DNA of 64,000 nucleotides from Verrucomicrobiia bacterium (lineage in GTDB: Bacteria; Patescibacteriota; Saccharimonadia; Saccharimonadales; Saccharimonadaceae): assembly GCA_035629335.1 (NCBI GenBank), contig DASPIB010000001.1, positions 674,473-738,472 on the forward strand. The letters run 5' to 3'. How positions within the stretch are numbered: position 1 is the first letter of the stretch; every line of letters starts with the position of its first letter. Below, piece after piece: positions 9,256 to 18,219 of this stretch. Position numbers and translations under genes: made by a program. Below the pieces are notes generated by a model. The model did not search any database. It saw nothing but the letters and a program-made list of their open reading frames with translations, and was not told the DNA's origin.

Positions 9256-10113
9256 TTAAGAAGATGTCTTTTCAAGAAAATTCCGCACTCGTGATACCAC
9301 TTCATCAAGGTGCGTTTCAAGCAGCCAGTGGCTTCCGTCGGGCAGTAGGTGGAGTTCGGCATTCGGTAGATCGCGTAAATAAGCACGGGCGGCGGCTTCG
9401 GGCATATAGCCATCACGCGGGCCCCATACAATTAGGGTTGGCGGTTGCTGTTCGCGTAGGTATGCCTGGGCTTTGGGCATCCACTGCAAATTAGTTTTCA
9501 GGCCTTCCATAAGACCGACCATAATTTCACGACGCTTTTTGGTGAGCAGTAACGCCCCCGATAATCGCCACATATCCGGTGCCACGCGTTCGGCAACCTC
9601 CTTCGATAACCCATCGGTAAACTCATCCCGGAAGCCTTCCTCAGAAACCGCGTCGCGCAACTTAGCTTTACCTTCCGGAGTTGGCTGTTGCCAGTAAGCT
9701 TTGAGGGCGTTGTAGCGTGGCCCGAGAGCGTCTTCGTAGATATCGCCATTTTGGATAATCAGCCCGGTTATGCGTTCGGGGTTACGCATTGCTAGTCGCA
9801 GGCCAATTTGCGATCCGTAGTCATGCAAGTAAAGCGCGTACTTTTTAAGCCCAAGCTGCTGCGCAAAGGCATCAAGAAATTCGGCGTAGCCATCGAATGT
9901 ATAAGAAAAGTCTTCCGGTGTATCGCTGTAGCCAAACCCAGGGAAGTCGAGGGCAATGACGTGCCATTTATCGGCAAGCGCGGGAATAAGATTGCGGTAC
10001 TGAAAAGATGAGCTTGGATAGCCGTGGGGAAGCAGCACAACCGGTGCGCCTTCAGGGCCAGCCTCGCGGTAAAAGATAGTTATGTCGTTAAGGGTAATCG
10101 TACGATGTTTCAT
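9256..10113 (-). CDS. alpha/beta hydrolase, Asp-nucleophile subgroup (epoxide hydrolase / haloalkane dehalogenase-like)
   Basis: HGYPSSSFQYRNLIP, ALDFPGFGYSD, nucleophile elbow LHDYGS; GGAGG SD. Confidence 0.85.
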   Translation of the reverse strand: MKHRTITLNDITIFYREAGPEGAPVVLLPHGYPSSSFQYRNLIPALADKWHVIALDFPGFGYSDTPEDFSYTFDGYAEFLDAFAQQLGLKKYALYLHDYGSQIGLRLAMRNPERITGLIIQNGDIYEDALGPRYNALKAYWQQPTPEGKAKLRDAVSEEGFRDEFTDGLSKEVAERVAPDMWRLSGALLLTKKRREIMVGLMEGLKTNLQWMPKAQAYLREQQPPTLIVWGPRDGYMPEAAARAYLRDLPNAELHLLPDGSHWLLETHLDEVVSRVRNFLEKTSS

Positions 10114-10203
10114 GAAAGCCTCCGTCGTATTACTGTAATCGTCTTTCTATTTAAACAAGAAGTTGAGAACTTGTGAACCAGCTAGCAGGGGAAGAGCGTG
10201 GCT

Positions 10204-10698
10204 CTATTCTGTTTTTGGGGCGATATCTTGTAGCATTAATTTGAATTCTGGCACTAGTTTTTCTGGCAATTTATCAACTGGAAACCACTGGGCGGCAATA
10301 AGTTCAGTAGTATCGATCGTAATTAGCGGTGGTGGTGAATCTTGAAGCACAACATGGTAGACACTTACCTTAAACGGGGCGTAAGGGGCACTTTTCAGAA
10401 CTAGCCGATCTAAATGTGTGGGCGCGGGAACGGTTTTTAAGCCAAGTTCTTCATACAGCTCGCGCTGCAAGGCTTGAGGCTCGCTCTCGTGCCAGTTCAT
10501 ACCGCCACCCGGCAAGGTCCAATTTTGGGCGCCAAGCCAGTTTTTTACTAGCAACACTTGGTTTTTGTGCACCAAAACCGCTCGCACTCGTGGACGCTTA
10601 GCCACCCGGCCATAAACGCTTAAAAAGGGGAGAATTGTCCAATACAACCATCGCCCAAGATAGGGGTAAAACCGATGTTTTGAAATAACAGCAAGCAT
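10204..10698 (-). CDS. NUDIX hydrolase
   Basis: Nudix box GGGMNWHESEPQALQRELYEELGL. Confidence 0.85.
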   Translation of the reverse strand: MLAVISKHRFYPYLGRWLYWTILPFLSVYGRVAKRPRVRAVLVHKNQVLLVKNWLGAQNWTLPGGGMNWHESEPQALQRELYEELGLKTVPAPTHLDRLVLKSAPYAPFKVSVYHVVLQDSPPPLITIDTTELIAAQWFPVDKLPEKLVPEFKLMLQDIAPKTE

Positions 10699-10706
10699 TA
10701 GTCATA

Positions 10707-10712
10707 ATTATA
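10707..10712 (-). promoter_or_regulatory. -10 box TATAAT (gtgTATAAT), leaderless-type
   Basis: Ends 8 nt before ATG 10698. Confidence 0.45.
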
Positions 10713-10787
10713 CACTTGTTGCCCTTTGATGGTGCCGGGATCATTACTGTCACCGCTTCGAAGGCAAAATATTATACAGATGGAATC

Positions 10788-10819
10788 GCTGGCTGCCGAA
10801 CCGAGTCTCGGCAGCCAGC
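10788..10819 (-). terminator. hairpin after the 10832 gene
   Basis: 12-bp perfect stem gctggctgccga/tcggcagccagc; no U-run. Confidence 0.4.
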
Positions 10820-10831
10820 GGCGCAGGCAGC

Positions 10832-11233
10832 TCAGGCCTGGTCACTCCCTGGCATCACCCGCAGGATGTTACTTGCCATGCGGAGGATTTGATCATCGGG
10901 GAGAGCGGCTAGAGCTTGCAGGTCTACCACCTCACCGTCATGATGGCCCAACTTCAGTGAGCTCTTAGTGGTGGGCACGTGATCGAGGTAGCTAGCCGGA
11001 TCTCCGTGATCGAGGATCGCAAGATGAGTATACGATACCACATCGCCATCACCATTGCAGGTAATTGTGCGTCCAAAATAGATACCCTGAGATCCTGTGC
11101 GAATATCGCTTGTTTCAACCATCTGCTTCACCAAGAACTGCCCGGATTGACTCGAAGGAGTGCGGTGGTTAACACCCCTGATCAATCGTTGCGCCGCTCG
11201 TACAATAACCTCGGTAGCAACCTGATGATCCAT
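10832..11233 (-). CDS. hypothetical protein
   Basis: 133 aa from ATG 11233 (MDHQVATE...), preceded by AAAGGAGG (11239-11246) at 5-nt spacing. Confidence 0.6.
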   Translation of the reverse strand: MDHQVATEVIVRAAQRLIRGVNHRTPSSQSGQFLVKQMVETSDIRTGSQGIYFGRTITCNGDGDVVSYTHLAILDHGDPASYLDHVPTTKSSLKLGHHDGEVVDLQALAALPDDQILRMASNILRVMPGSDQA

Positions 11234-11386
11234 GCCAACCTCCTTTGACAAGTGCACGTTCATATTATATCATTAACTTTTTCTTAAACGCTATCACTTG
11301 TGGTGCAGCGCTCATATTCTTATCAAGTCTCATAACAAGCAGGGGGTTGAGCTCCATCGAGCGCCAGAGCTACACTAATTACGGGA

Positions 11387-14300
11387 CTATCGTTTCTTCG
11401 CGTACCGGAAGGATGCAGCTGAAAGCGCCAATAAGCCTATGCACAAAAGGATATACTGCGGAAGTTGCGACGAAGTATCCGCAAGGTCGGGGGCAAGCTG
11501 TGGAGGTTGGTTAGGTGTTTCCGGTCTTGGAGTTGGATTTGGGTTTGGGTTCGGGTTCGGTTCAGGAAGTTGTTCGACTAAAAAGCCAGCACCCATCACG
11601 TAAAGGGCATTGCCGCCGGTTAAAGTAACAAATCTGGTGGCTACATCGCTATTCGGGTCGGCATCAGAGGTCATGCCGGTACCGGTGCCAACAACGAGTG
11701 GTGATGATTGGTAACCAGTTGGCGTGCGGAACTGTACTGCATAATTGCCGGGTGCTAGGTTCGTAAACTCGTAGGTACCATCTGGCTGAACGGTGGTCAC
11801 AGCAACGGTAAAACCGGCATCGTTAAGTAGCGCTACCTCAACACCTGGCAGCGGCGCTTCGCCGCTATCGTGGACACCGTTATTATTGGTGTCTTCAAAT
11901 ACTGAAGCGCCAATCCGCGATAATGTACAGTCGTCGGCTTCGAGGTTGAAAGTATCGCCATTAAAGCTGGCAGCGATGCTCGGTTGGCCGTCTTGCCACG
12001 ACCAGTTAGAATGGGTGGTCATTTCAAGCTCAATGGTCAGCTGCTGCGTTGCACCAGTTGCCGGAATAGCGCTGATATCAAGCGGACTGCCTGGGGTAAT
12101 GACAATGTCCTCAAAACCCGGCACAATCGCCCCATTACTATCGCGCAAGGTCACCTGAGCAGTGTCTACCAGCGAAGGATCAATATTGTATAAGTCCAGC
12201 TGTCGCCAGGTGGTGGCCAGCGAAATGTTGTCGCAATAAGCAGCCACTGGGTCGACCACTGAGGTATATTTTAGTGTTTGGCAGGGAGAGTTACCGGTAA
12301 TTGGCGAAAAAGCTACCATCCACGAACGGTCACCAAGTGCCAACATGCAGCCCCCAGCTTCATCATAGACAATGCCATAGGTGGCAAGATTGCCGTTATT
12401 TATTGGATCCCAGGTCTTTAAACTCCCTGGAGTATCACCGAAATCTGCACAGCGTGCCATCGTTGCCCAGTCAAAACACATATAGGTATCGTAAACGACT
12501 GTTGGGCTTATTTCAGTACGATAGGGTATGTAGGTTCGCGCGGTACCTGGCAAATGACCGGTATCGAATACCGGGTTAGGTATTTCGGTGGGTGATAGCA
12601 GGACAGGCGGCACTGTGCGCGGCGTACCATCGAGGCCAAAGCAGTACGCGCCCTCAGTGGCTCCTTCAATCCAAAAGGTACAAAAACCATCCTCTTCGCC
12701 AGCACCGGTAAGCATAGGGGTTGTGCCACGAATAGTGTGGGCCGGGTTATTGGCGGTTGATGGTAAAGTAATCGGGGTCGCTGGCCAGCCGCTGCAAATC
12801 GCGCCAGTTGCTGGGTCGTAGCACTGCATTCTGGTTCCTAATGGCTGCAGGGCGCCAATTGATGAAGCATTGTAGCGAATATAGGCAATTAGTTTGTCGC
12901 CAACTTTATAGAGCGCAGGGCCATAGGCACCATTTTGATCGGTGGAATCAGGAAAGTTCAAGCTAACTGGAGGTAGGGCAGTTCGGCTAGCAATATCCAT
13001 TCGCACCAGCCGACCATCAGAAGTAAGCGAATGAAAAATTCCCTCTGCCTCATAACCGGCGCTTAAAATAGCATATATACTGAAACCGCCAGCACCGCTT
13101 GTGTTGCCAACGGTATTGCCAACCGGTGTATAACCGCAGCCGGTGCCTGTTTCAAGGTTAAAACAAGCAACACCAACCTCACTTTGATTCATGCGCTGGA
13201 CACCGATATACACTGCGCCAGCCGGGCCAAACGCACCTTCACGATCTAGAAATTCGGTGGTATGCGTTACGCTTACCAAGTCGGTAGGCATGGTTGGATC
13301 ACCGCTATTTAAGGCCTTAGGGTAGCCCGGCAACTGCTGGCCAGTGACTCGATCGGTGGCGTAAATTGCTGGGTAGGTGCTGGTAACTTCTTGGTGGTGA
13401 CCAATGTTATAGATAGCATCGCCGTACGGGATTGGCCGCCAACCATCCCCACCCGACATCGAAGCGCTCATGCCGGCCTTCGTAAGTGGTGTTGGGAGTA
13501 ATGGGCTTACAAGTGTCGTAGCCGAGGGGTTGGTTCCAAGGAGCGGTGCCGGTTGTTCGGGTGCAAATGCCACATCTACCCAGTAATTCCCGGCATTAAA
13601 ATTTGAATTAGGGAAGGTTGGCCCGGCGCCATAGGCAAACACGCCATTTTCATTGCCAGCGGTGTTTTTTGGCACTAAAATATATGGCGTTTCCATGCCT
13701 GTTATGTTGAAATAATTGCGATCAATCGAATAGTGACCGTTGGGGGCAAAATAGGACACAATATAGGTCGTGCCAGCCGTGACATCGATCGGGGTAGCAA
13801 AAGTTGCTTCCTGCCAGCCGCTAGCGGTCTCGCCAGAAAAAACCACCGACCCTAAATTGGCGCCAGTCGTGGACCAAAGATTGCCAATATGCGCCCCGGT
13901 GTTAGCGGGTGCCTTGTAAAATCGTACACCAGTGACTTTGCCGTCTTGCTTGGGGGTGAATTTCATGCCAAGCTCAATCGAGCCGCCATCGCCGCCATCT
14001 TCAACAGCAGGCAAGGTTTCACCCCAAACATTGGTGGACGTCGGTGCGCGCACCACTGCGGCTGATAGGGCCGAGTAGTTATTAGAGGCATCTTTTGCCC
14101 GCACTTCATAGCTATACTCTTGACCAGGCACCACGGCGTAATCAATAAACGAAAGCTTAGTAGTTGTTTTATAAAGCGACCCATCGCGCCAAACTTCGTA
14201 TTCGGTTACCCCAACATTATCGGAAGCCGCAGCCCATGATACCGATAAGTACGCTTCTTGCGGTGCAACGCTAAGTCCAGTCGGCACGCTTGGTGGGGTA

Positions 14301-14422
14301 GTATCAAGGGGAAAAAGTGGAAATGTGGCGGCATTAACTGGTTTAGCAAGAAATAAAACCGTGAAAAGTGCCAGTAAAATGGCGAGGCGCGGTAAGTAGC
14401 GGAGAATCGTTTTGGTTTTCAT
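11387..14422 (-). CDS. large cell-surface protein: signal peptide, FN3, DUF4082, Cys/Gly-rich central region, SdrD B-like (Cna-B type) domain, PN-rich linker, sorting-signal-like C-terminus
   Basis: N-terminal hydrophobic signal with AKPVNA; FN3-like PPSVPTGLSV...YEVWRDG; DUF4082-like ELGMKFTPKQDGKVTGVRFYK...GWQEATF; VFEDTNNNGVHDSGE...PDGTYEFTNLAPGNY; PNPNPNPNPTP; LADTS, TM segment, RYAKKR tail. Confidence 0.85.
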   Translation of the reverse strand: MKTKTILRYLPRLAILLALFTVLFLAKPVNAATFPLFPLDTTPPSVPTGLSVAPQEAYLSVSWAAASDNVGVTEYEVWRDGSLYKTTTKLSFIDYAVVPGQEYSYEVRAKDASNNYSALSAAVVRAPTSTNVWGETLPAVEDGGDGGSIELGMKFTPKQDGKVTGVRFYKAPANTGAHIGNLWSTTGANLGSVVFSGETASGWQEATFATPIDVTAGTTYIVSYFAPNGHYSIDRNYFNITGMETPYILVPKNTAGNENGVFAYGAGPTFPNSNFNAGNYWVDVAFAPEQPAPLLGTNPSATTLVSPLLPTPLTKAGMSASMSGGDGWRPIPYGDAIYNIGHHQEVTSTYPAIYATDRVTGQQLPGYPKALNSGDPTMPTDLVSVTHTTEFLDREGAFGPAGAVYIGVQRMNQSEVGVACFNLETGTGCGYTPVGNTVGNTSGAGGFSIYAILSAGYEAEGIFHSLTSDGRLVRMDIASRTALPPVSLNFPDSTDQNGAYGPALYKVGDKLIAYIRYNASSIGALQPLGTRMQCYDPATGAICSGWPATPITLPSTANNPAHTIRGTTPMLTGAGEEDGFCTFWIEGATEGAYCFGLDGTPRTVPPVLLSPTEIPNPVFDTGHLPGTARTYIPYRTEISPTVVYDTYMCFDWATMARCADFGDTPGSLKTWDPINNGNLATYGIVYDEAGGCMLALGDRSWMVAFSPITGNSPCQTLKYTSVVDPVAAYCDNISLATTWRQLDLYNIDPSLVDTAQVTLRDSNGAIVPGFEDIVITPGSPLDISAIPATGATQQLTIELEMTTHSNWSWQDGQPSIAASFNGDTFNLEADDCTLSRIGASVFEDTNNNGVHDSGEAPLPGVEVALLNDAGFTVAVTTVQPDGTYEFTNLAPGNYAVQFRTPTGYQSSPLVVGTGTGMTSDADPNSDVATRFVTLTGGNALYVMGAGFLVEQLPEPNPNPNPNPTPRPETPNQPPQLAPDLADTSSQLPQYILLCIGLLALSAASFRYAKKR
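11535..11563 (-). repeat. imperfect hexanucleotide repeat (GGKTTY on plus strand) encoding the (PN)n linker
   Basis: ggatttgggtttgggttcgggttcggttc lies inside the surface protein CDS. Confidence 0.7.
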
Positions 14423-14451
14423 TTGTTTATCTTGCCCAAGGTTATGTCTTT

Positions 14452-14460
14452 AGTGTAGCA
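14452..14460 (-). promoter_or_regulatory. extended -10 box TGCTACACT
   Basis: Exact nonamer 29 nt upstream of ATG 14422 of the surface protein. Confidence 0.5.
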
Positions 14461-14506
14461 CAAATTACACTACTAAAAGCAAGAGCTTTTTTAAGAGAAT
14501 CTATCA

Positions 14507-15127
14507 TTAATTATCCTCCTGGCTTCCAGCAGCCCGTCTTCTTCTATATGCTTCAAGCGCCCTTGCCGTGAATACTAATTGGCGTGCCGCATGCTCAATA
14601 CTCTGATGACGGCGTGGTTTCGATTCTGCCTGCGTCGCCTCGGCATCAGCAGACTCGACCGCTGAATTCTTGCTAAGCGCCCAGCATCTTCCAGGAATTG
14701 TAAACCCAGCCTTAACTAAGTCGATGGCTATTTCAGTAATGTCACTGCTCCGATTCTCAACCCCGACTAAAATGAAACCAGCCACTTTTTTCTCCCAATG
14801 TAGTGGATCGTCATTACCGGCAACTGTTTGGCTATTCAAACAGGCAACCAACTGCCGGACCACGCTTTGCTGTCCGCTCACTCGCTCGGGAATAGCGAAC
14901 ACTACTATTTGCGCAGCGTTTATTTTAGCTCGTAAAAACAGCCAGTCTTCCGCCGCAGTCCAGCTATCACTGTCCATAGTCAAATGGGACAAGCTGTCAA
15001 CTAAACGAATAATTTCAGAAGTAACGCCCTGGCTCAGTAGGGCGTTACTCATTACTTTTGCAAGTGCCTGCGTATTTGAAGTGGCGGGTGACTTCTTTAG
15101 TGTGCAGTTGAGAATTAAAGCTCGCAC
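14507..15127 (-). CDS. flavodoxin-family NAD(P)H-dependent FMN reductase-like protein
   Basis: MRALILNCTLKKSPATSNTQALA..., IVVFAIPERVSGQQSVV, GFTIPG fit the family pattern; GTG start 15 nt after the DUF378 gene. Confidence 0.75.
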   Translation of the reverse strand: MRALILNCTLKKSPATSNTQALAKVMSNALLSQGVTSEIIRLVDSLSHLTMDSDSWTAAEDWLFLRAKINAAQIVVFAIPERVSGQQSVVRQLVACLNSQTVAGNDDPLHWEKKVAGFILVGVENRSSDITEIAIDLVKAGFTIPGRCWALSKNSAVESADAEATQAESKPRRHQSIEHAARQLVFTARALEAYRRRRAAGSQEDN

Positions 15128-15142
15128 TTTGTTCTCTTTAGA

Positions 15143-15355
15143 TTATGTGGTTTGGCGCACGAGTTGCATTGAAAGAAAAATCAAGTAAATACCGGCAATA
15201 CCTACCAGCGCGAAGATGATACGCGCAATAACGGAATCCTCACCAAAAATCGCCTTAACGAGGTCAAGCTTAAACACACCGACCAATCCCCAGTTCAATG
15301 CACCGATAATTACTAATATAAGCGAAATCCAATCGAGCACTGTCAATTCTTGCAT
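15143..15355 (-). CDS. DUF378 small membrane protein
   Basis: LDWISLILVIIGALNWGLVGVFKLDLV is the characteristic DUF378 motif; two TM segments. Confidence 0.8.
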   Translation of the reverse strand: MQELTVLDWISLILVIIGALNWGLVGVFKLDLVKAIFGEDSVIARIIFALVGIAGIYLIFLSMQLVRQTT

Positions 15356-15519
15356 GTTATTCTCCGTTATTAATGTACTGCCTTACTATAAAGCCGCTGC
15401 TCGGTTATCTCGTTAAGCGTGCTTACTGCCAGGCTCAAGCTAACTTACACTAAATATGTGAGCTAGCATACAGTTATCTCTGTAAAAAGCCCATCTTAAT
15501 GACTTTTTCGTTTAAAGAA

Positions 15520-16173
15520 TTACACTTTAAAAAGCTTTGTACAGTTAAGCTCAAGCTTGCCGGATGCTGGATAACGAGCAATTTTGTCATCGTAGAGCTG
15601 TTTCATCGTTACGCTGACTGTTTCGCGGGTGAGCCCAGTCATGTCTGCCAATAATTGGTGCGGTACAGCAAATCGCACCGGTTGCCAGGTGCCGCTGCGA
15701 GCTTTAATATGGTGCGTCCCCAAAAACTTTAAAGCGGCGATTAATTTACCAAGGCTAGTGGTTTTGGTGGCGCTATTTAAACGCACCAGTAATTCGTGAA
15801 TTTCATCGAGTGATTGCTTTAAAAACAAGTTGTACGCCGAAACGCCATTGGCATTTTCGAGTTGCTCTTTGACCTCTGCGTAGGATAGCAAATAAACATC
15901 CGTATCGGCCAGCGCCGTATAAAACCAGGCCGATGGCGCCAGGCTCGTAGAAAAGCTTACCATCGGAAATAATGCCAGCGGCCCAAAAATATGGAGCACC
16001 TTTCGGCTTCCTTCATCATCAATATCGTGCATGCTCACTGCGCCATCTTTAATAAGAAACAGGTCAGGCGAGCGATCATCTGGATAGAGAATCGTTTGAC
16101 CCTTGGCGTACGTGCGTATACGTGCGCGTTCAAGCATCGGCGCAATAACTGGATTCTGCAGAATTGTGGCCAT
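15520..16173 (-). CDS. Crp/Fnr family transcriptional regulator
   Basis: N-terminal cNMP-binding-like barrel (GQTILYPDDRSPDLFLIKDGAV) and C-terminal HTH (HQLLADMTGLTRETVSVTMKQL); start ATG 16173 chosen because TATAAT lies at 16180-16185. Confidence 0.85.
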   Translation of the reverse strand: MATILQNPVIAPMLERARIRTYAKGQTILYPDDRSPDLFLIKDGAVSMHDIDDEGSRKVLHIFGPLALFPMVSFSTSLAPSAWFYTALADTDVYLLSYAEVKEQLENANGVSAYNLFLKQSLDEIHELLVRLNSATKTTSLGKLIAALKFLGTHHIKARSGTWQPVRFAVPHQLLADMTGLTRETVSVTMKQLYDDKIARYPASGKLELNCTKLFKV

Positions 16174-16179
16174 ATTTCT

Positions 16180-16185
16180 ATTATA
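16180..16185 (-). promoter_or_regulatory. -10 box TATAAT, leaderless-type
   Basis: Ends 6 nt before ATG 16173; the longer ORF-track start at 16191 would contain the box. Confidence 0.5.
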
Positions 16186-16224
16186 TCTCACTTAAGAAAA
16201 TCTGCTGTATTTACCTCTGAGCCC

Positions 16225-16240
16225 TGTGAAGTACTTCACA
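16225..16240. promoter_or_regulatory. CRP-type operator TGTGA-N6-TCACA (perfect palindrome)
   Basis: tgtgaagtacttcaca in the divergent intergenic region between the Crp/Fnr gene and the 16345 gene. Confidence 0.65.
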
Positions 16241-16344
16241 CAGTATCCTTAAACCGTGTCACAGAGCCGCAATGAATAGTAGTACAGCTCTCTCAGTGCT
16301 CTGGCTTTACAGTAAGCAGTACAAACATAACGAAAGGAGGATTT

Positions 16345-16542
16345 ATGGCAGATCCAAACAATCCAGGTCAGTTCGGTAATCGAGATGACACCGAAGAGCA
16401 GGCTCGTCAAGGAGGCCTTGATAGTACCGGCTCATTTGGCGAAGAAAACGGCGCCGATCCTCAGCAAGCCGGACAAAAGGGCGGCGAGAACAGCCAAGGT
16501 GGCGGTCGTCCGAGTAACGATGACGAAGAAGACGAAGACTAG
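16345..16542 (+). CDS. small acidic Gly/Gln-rich protein (KGG-repeat stress-protein-like)
   Basis: 65 aa; strong SD AAAGGAGG at 16333-16340; QKGGENSQGGG; acidic DDEEDED tail. Confidence 0.6.
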   Translation: MADPNNPGQFGNRDDTEEQARQGGLDSTGSFGEENGADPQQAGQKGGENSQGGGRPSNDDEEDED

Positions 16543-16560
16543 CTAGTTAGTTATCCTATA

Positions 16561-16605
16561 TATTCAAGAAAGGACCACATCCCCCTGTTGGTCCTTTCTT
16601 GAATA
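16561..16605 (+). terminator. strong hairpin after the 16345 gene
   Basis: 17-bp perfect stem tattcaagaaaggacca/tggtcctttcttgaata; no U-run. Confidence 0.5.
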
Positions 16606-16693
16606 TAGAGCCAACTGCAGGTAGAACTCGCCAGTTAATTTTCAATTAATAGTTTTTATTCTTTGTAGTATAGTGATGGGGTAGGCAACCGAT

Positions 16694-17881
16694 GTGGAGG
16701 TACCCGTGCTTACTAGCATGAACTTTTCCGATGGCTACCGCCAGCTGTGGGCGCGTTATTTGCGAGTCGCAGATGCCATCGCGCCGTTTGCTGCTGAATA
16801 CGACAAGACAGGCGCGGCGCCGGTAAAGTCGCTTGCTGCCATTAAGGAGGCCGGGCTGTTTGGCCTGGGAATTGCGCCCGGCTTGCCCGGGAGCTTGAAC
16901 GCTGATGTTCGGGCAACCGTACTGGCGCTCACGGCGCTGGCCACTGCCGACCCTGCAACTGCGCTTGGTTTTAACATGCACATTTATGCCATGCGCGAAA
17001 CGCACCGACAGCTGACCGACGAAGGCCGCCAGCTACTGGCAAGCCTTGGCAAGGACCGCTTGTTCAGTGCGCTGACCAGCGAGCCCGGTGCCAGCAGTGC
17101 GCTGCCTGAAACTTTTAACCCAAAGCTTCGGGTGGAAGAAACCGAGGGCGGCTTCCTGCTTTCGGGCGTTAAGAAGTTTGCTTCAAACTTCGAAGTGAGT
17201 GACTACGCGCTGGTTTACGCTGGTGATGGGCAAGGCGCCTTCATGGTATTGATCGTCGACACCAACCAGCCCGGATTGTCTGTCAAGGACATCTGGAATG
17301 AAGCTGCTGAGGGGATGCGCAATACGCGCAGCAACGAGGTGACCTTCGATAAGGTCTTCGTGCCCAAGGAGTATTTGCTGTACCGCGGGGATAACTTCCT
17401 GCAGTCGGCGCTGTACACCGATGATCGGCTGTTCTACTACACTTCGGTGTACATGGGCGTCGCCATTACCCTGCTGCACAAGTTCGGATACGAGCTTAAG
17501 ACACGCAAGGCCGCCGGCAAGACGCTGCCGCTGATCTACCTGGAATCGAACAGCATTCCGTTCGGAAAGCTGATCGCGCAGGTCGAAGCAGCCTGGACAA
17601 CGCTATGGAACGCGGCGACAACGGTTGACGAAGACGGCATTTCACCGGTAGCCATGGAGTCGCTGGCGAGGGCCAAGGTGCTGGTAGGGGAGGCGGTTGC
17701 CGAGCTGATTCACCAGGCTGATCAGTTGGTGGGCCTTAACGGCTTGCTCAACCCAACCATCAGTCGGTTCCTGCGGGACGGACGCACAGCGCGTATTATG
17801 CCGCCCAGTAGCAAGAACTGCTGTGAGATGCTGGCGCTGAGCTTCTTGGATCTGCCGCCGGTCGGCCAGAAGTTGACCTAG
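16694..17881 (+). CDS. acyl-CoA dehydrogenase family protein
   Basis: 395 aa; overall ACAD-like layout (N-terminal helical AAEYDKTG...IKEAGLFGL, middle beta region, C-terminal helical region); start GTG 16694 or ATG 16718. Confidence 0.6.
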   Translation: MEVPVLTSMNFSDGYRQLWARYLRVADAIAPFAAEYDKTGAAPVKSLAAIKEAGLFGLGIAPGLPGSLNADVRATVLALTALATADPATALGFNMHIYAMRETHRQLTDEGRQLLASLGKDRLFSALTSEPGASSALPETFNPKLRVEETEGGFLLSGVKKFASNFEVSDYALVYAGDGQGAFMVLIVDTNQPGLSVKDIWNEAAEGMRNTRSNEVTFDKVFVPKEYLLYRGDNFLQSALYTDDRLFYYTSVYMGVAITLLHKFGYELKTRKAAGKTLPLIYLESNSIPFGKLIAQVEAAWTTLWNAATTVDEDGISPVAMESLARAKVLVGEAVAELIHQADQLVGLNGLLNPTISRFLRDGRTARIMPPSSKNCCEMLALSFLDLPPVGQKLT

Positions 17882-17887
17882 CAAAAA

Positions 17888-17930
17888 GCCTGGCAATATT
17901 CTTCGAGAGGGAGTGTTGCCAGGCGATTTT
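17888..17930. terminator. bidirectional rho-independent terminator
   Basis: Stem gcctggcaa/ttgccaggc flanked by an A-run (17883-17887) and GATTTTAATTTT. Confidence 0.6.
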
Positions 17931-17952
17931 AATTTTAATCAAGCAAAATAGG

Positions 17953-18093
17953 TTAGAGAGCGACCGAAATAATACCTGCGATAATTGAACCAATTGAAGC
18001 TAAGAGAAGTAGAGCGAGACCGGCAAGCTGAAGTAAGCGCAGACGTCCTGGCTGATCTTGGATGCTTTGCTCTTCGATCATGGGCTCTTCCAT
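17953..18093 (-). CDS. 46-aa single-TM membrane peptide (not in the ORF track)
   Basis: MEEPMIEEQSIQDQPGRLRLLQLAGLALLLLASIGSIIAGIISVAL; TGCTACACT box 6 nt upstream of ATG; terminator 17888-17930 downstream. Confidence 0.45.
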   Translation of the reverse strand: MEEPMIEEQSIQDQPGRLRLLQLAGLALLLLASIGSIIAGIISVAL

Positions 18094-18099
18094 GTGTTT

Positions 18100-18108
18100 A
18101 GTGTAGCA
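18100..18108 (-). promoter_or_regulatory. extended -10 box TGCTACACT, leaderless-type
   Basis: Exact nonamer ending 6 nt before ATG 18093. Confidence 0.5.
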
Positions 18109-18219
18109 GACTTAGCGGCGAGCCGCAACATTTGCTTTAACCCTGGTGAGCATCAGGGTAGTGGCATTAAAATAGCGACACCTAATTTAAAACGGTATCG
18201 CTATTTTAATTTGGTCGCT

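Noticed and set aside
11535-11563. Short tandem GGKTTY repeats
   Set aside because: They are not a CRISPR or intergenic repeat. They are in-frame coding sequence for the PNPNPNPNP linker of the surface protein.
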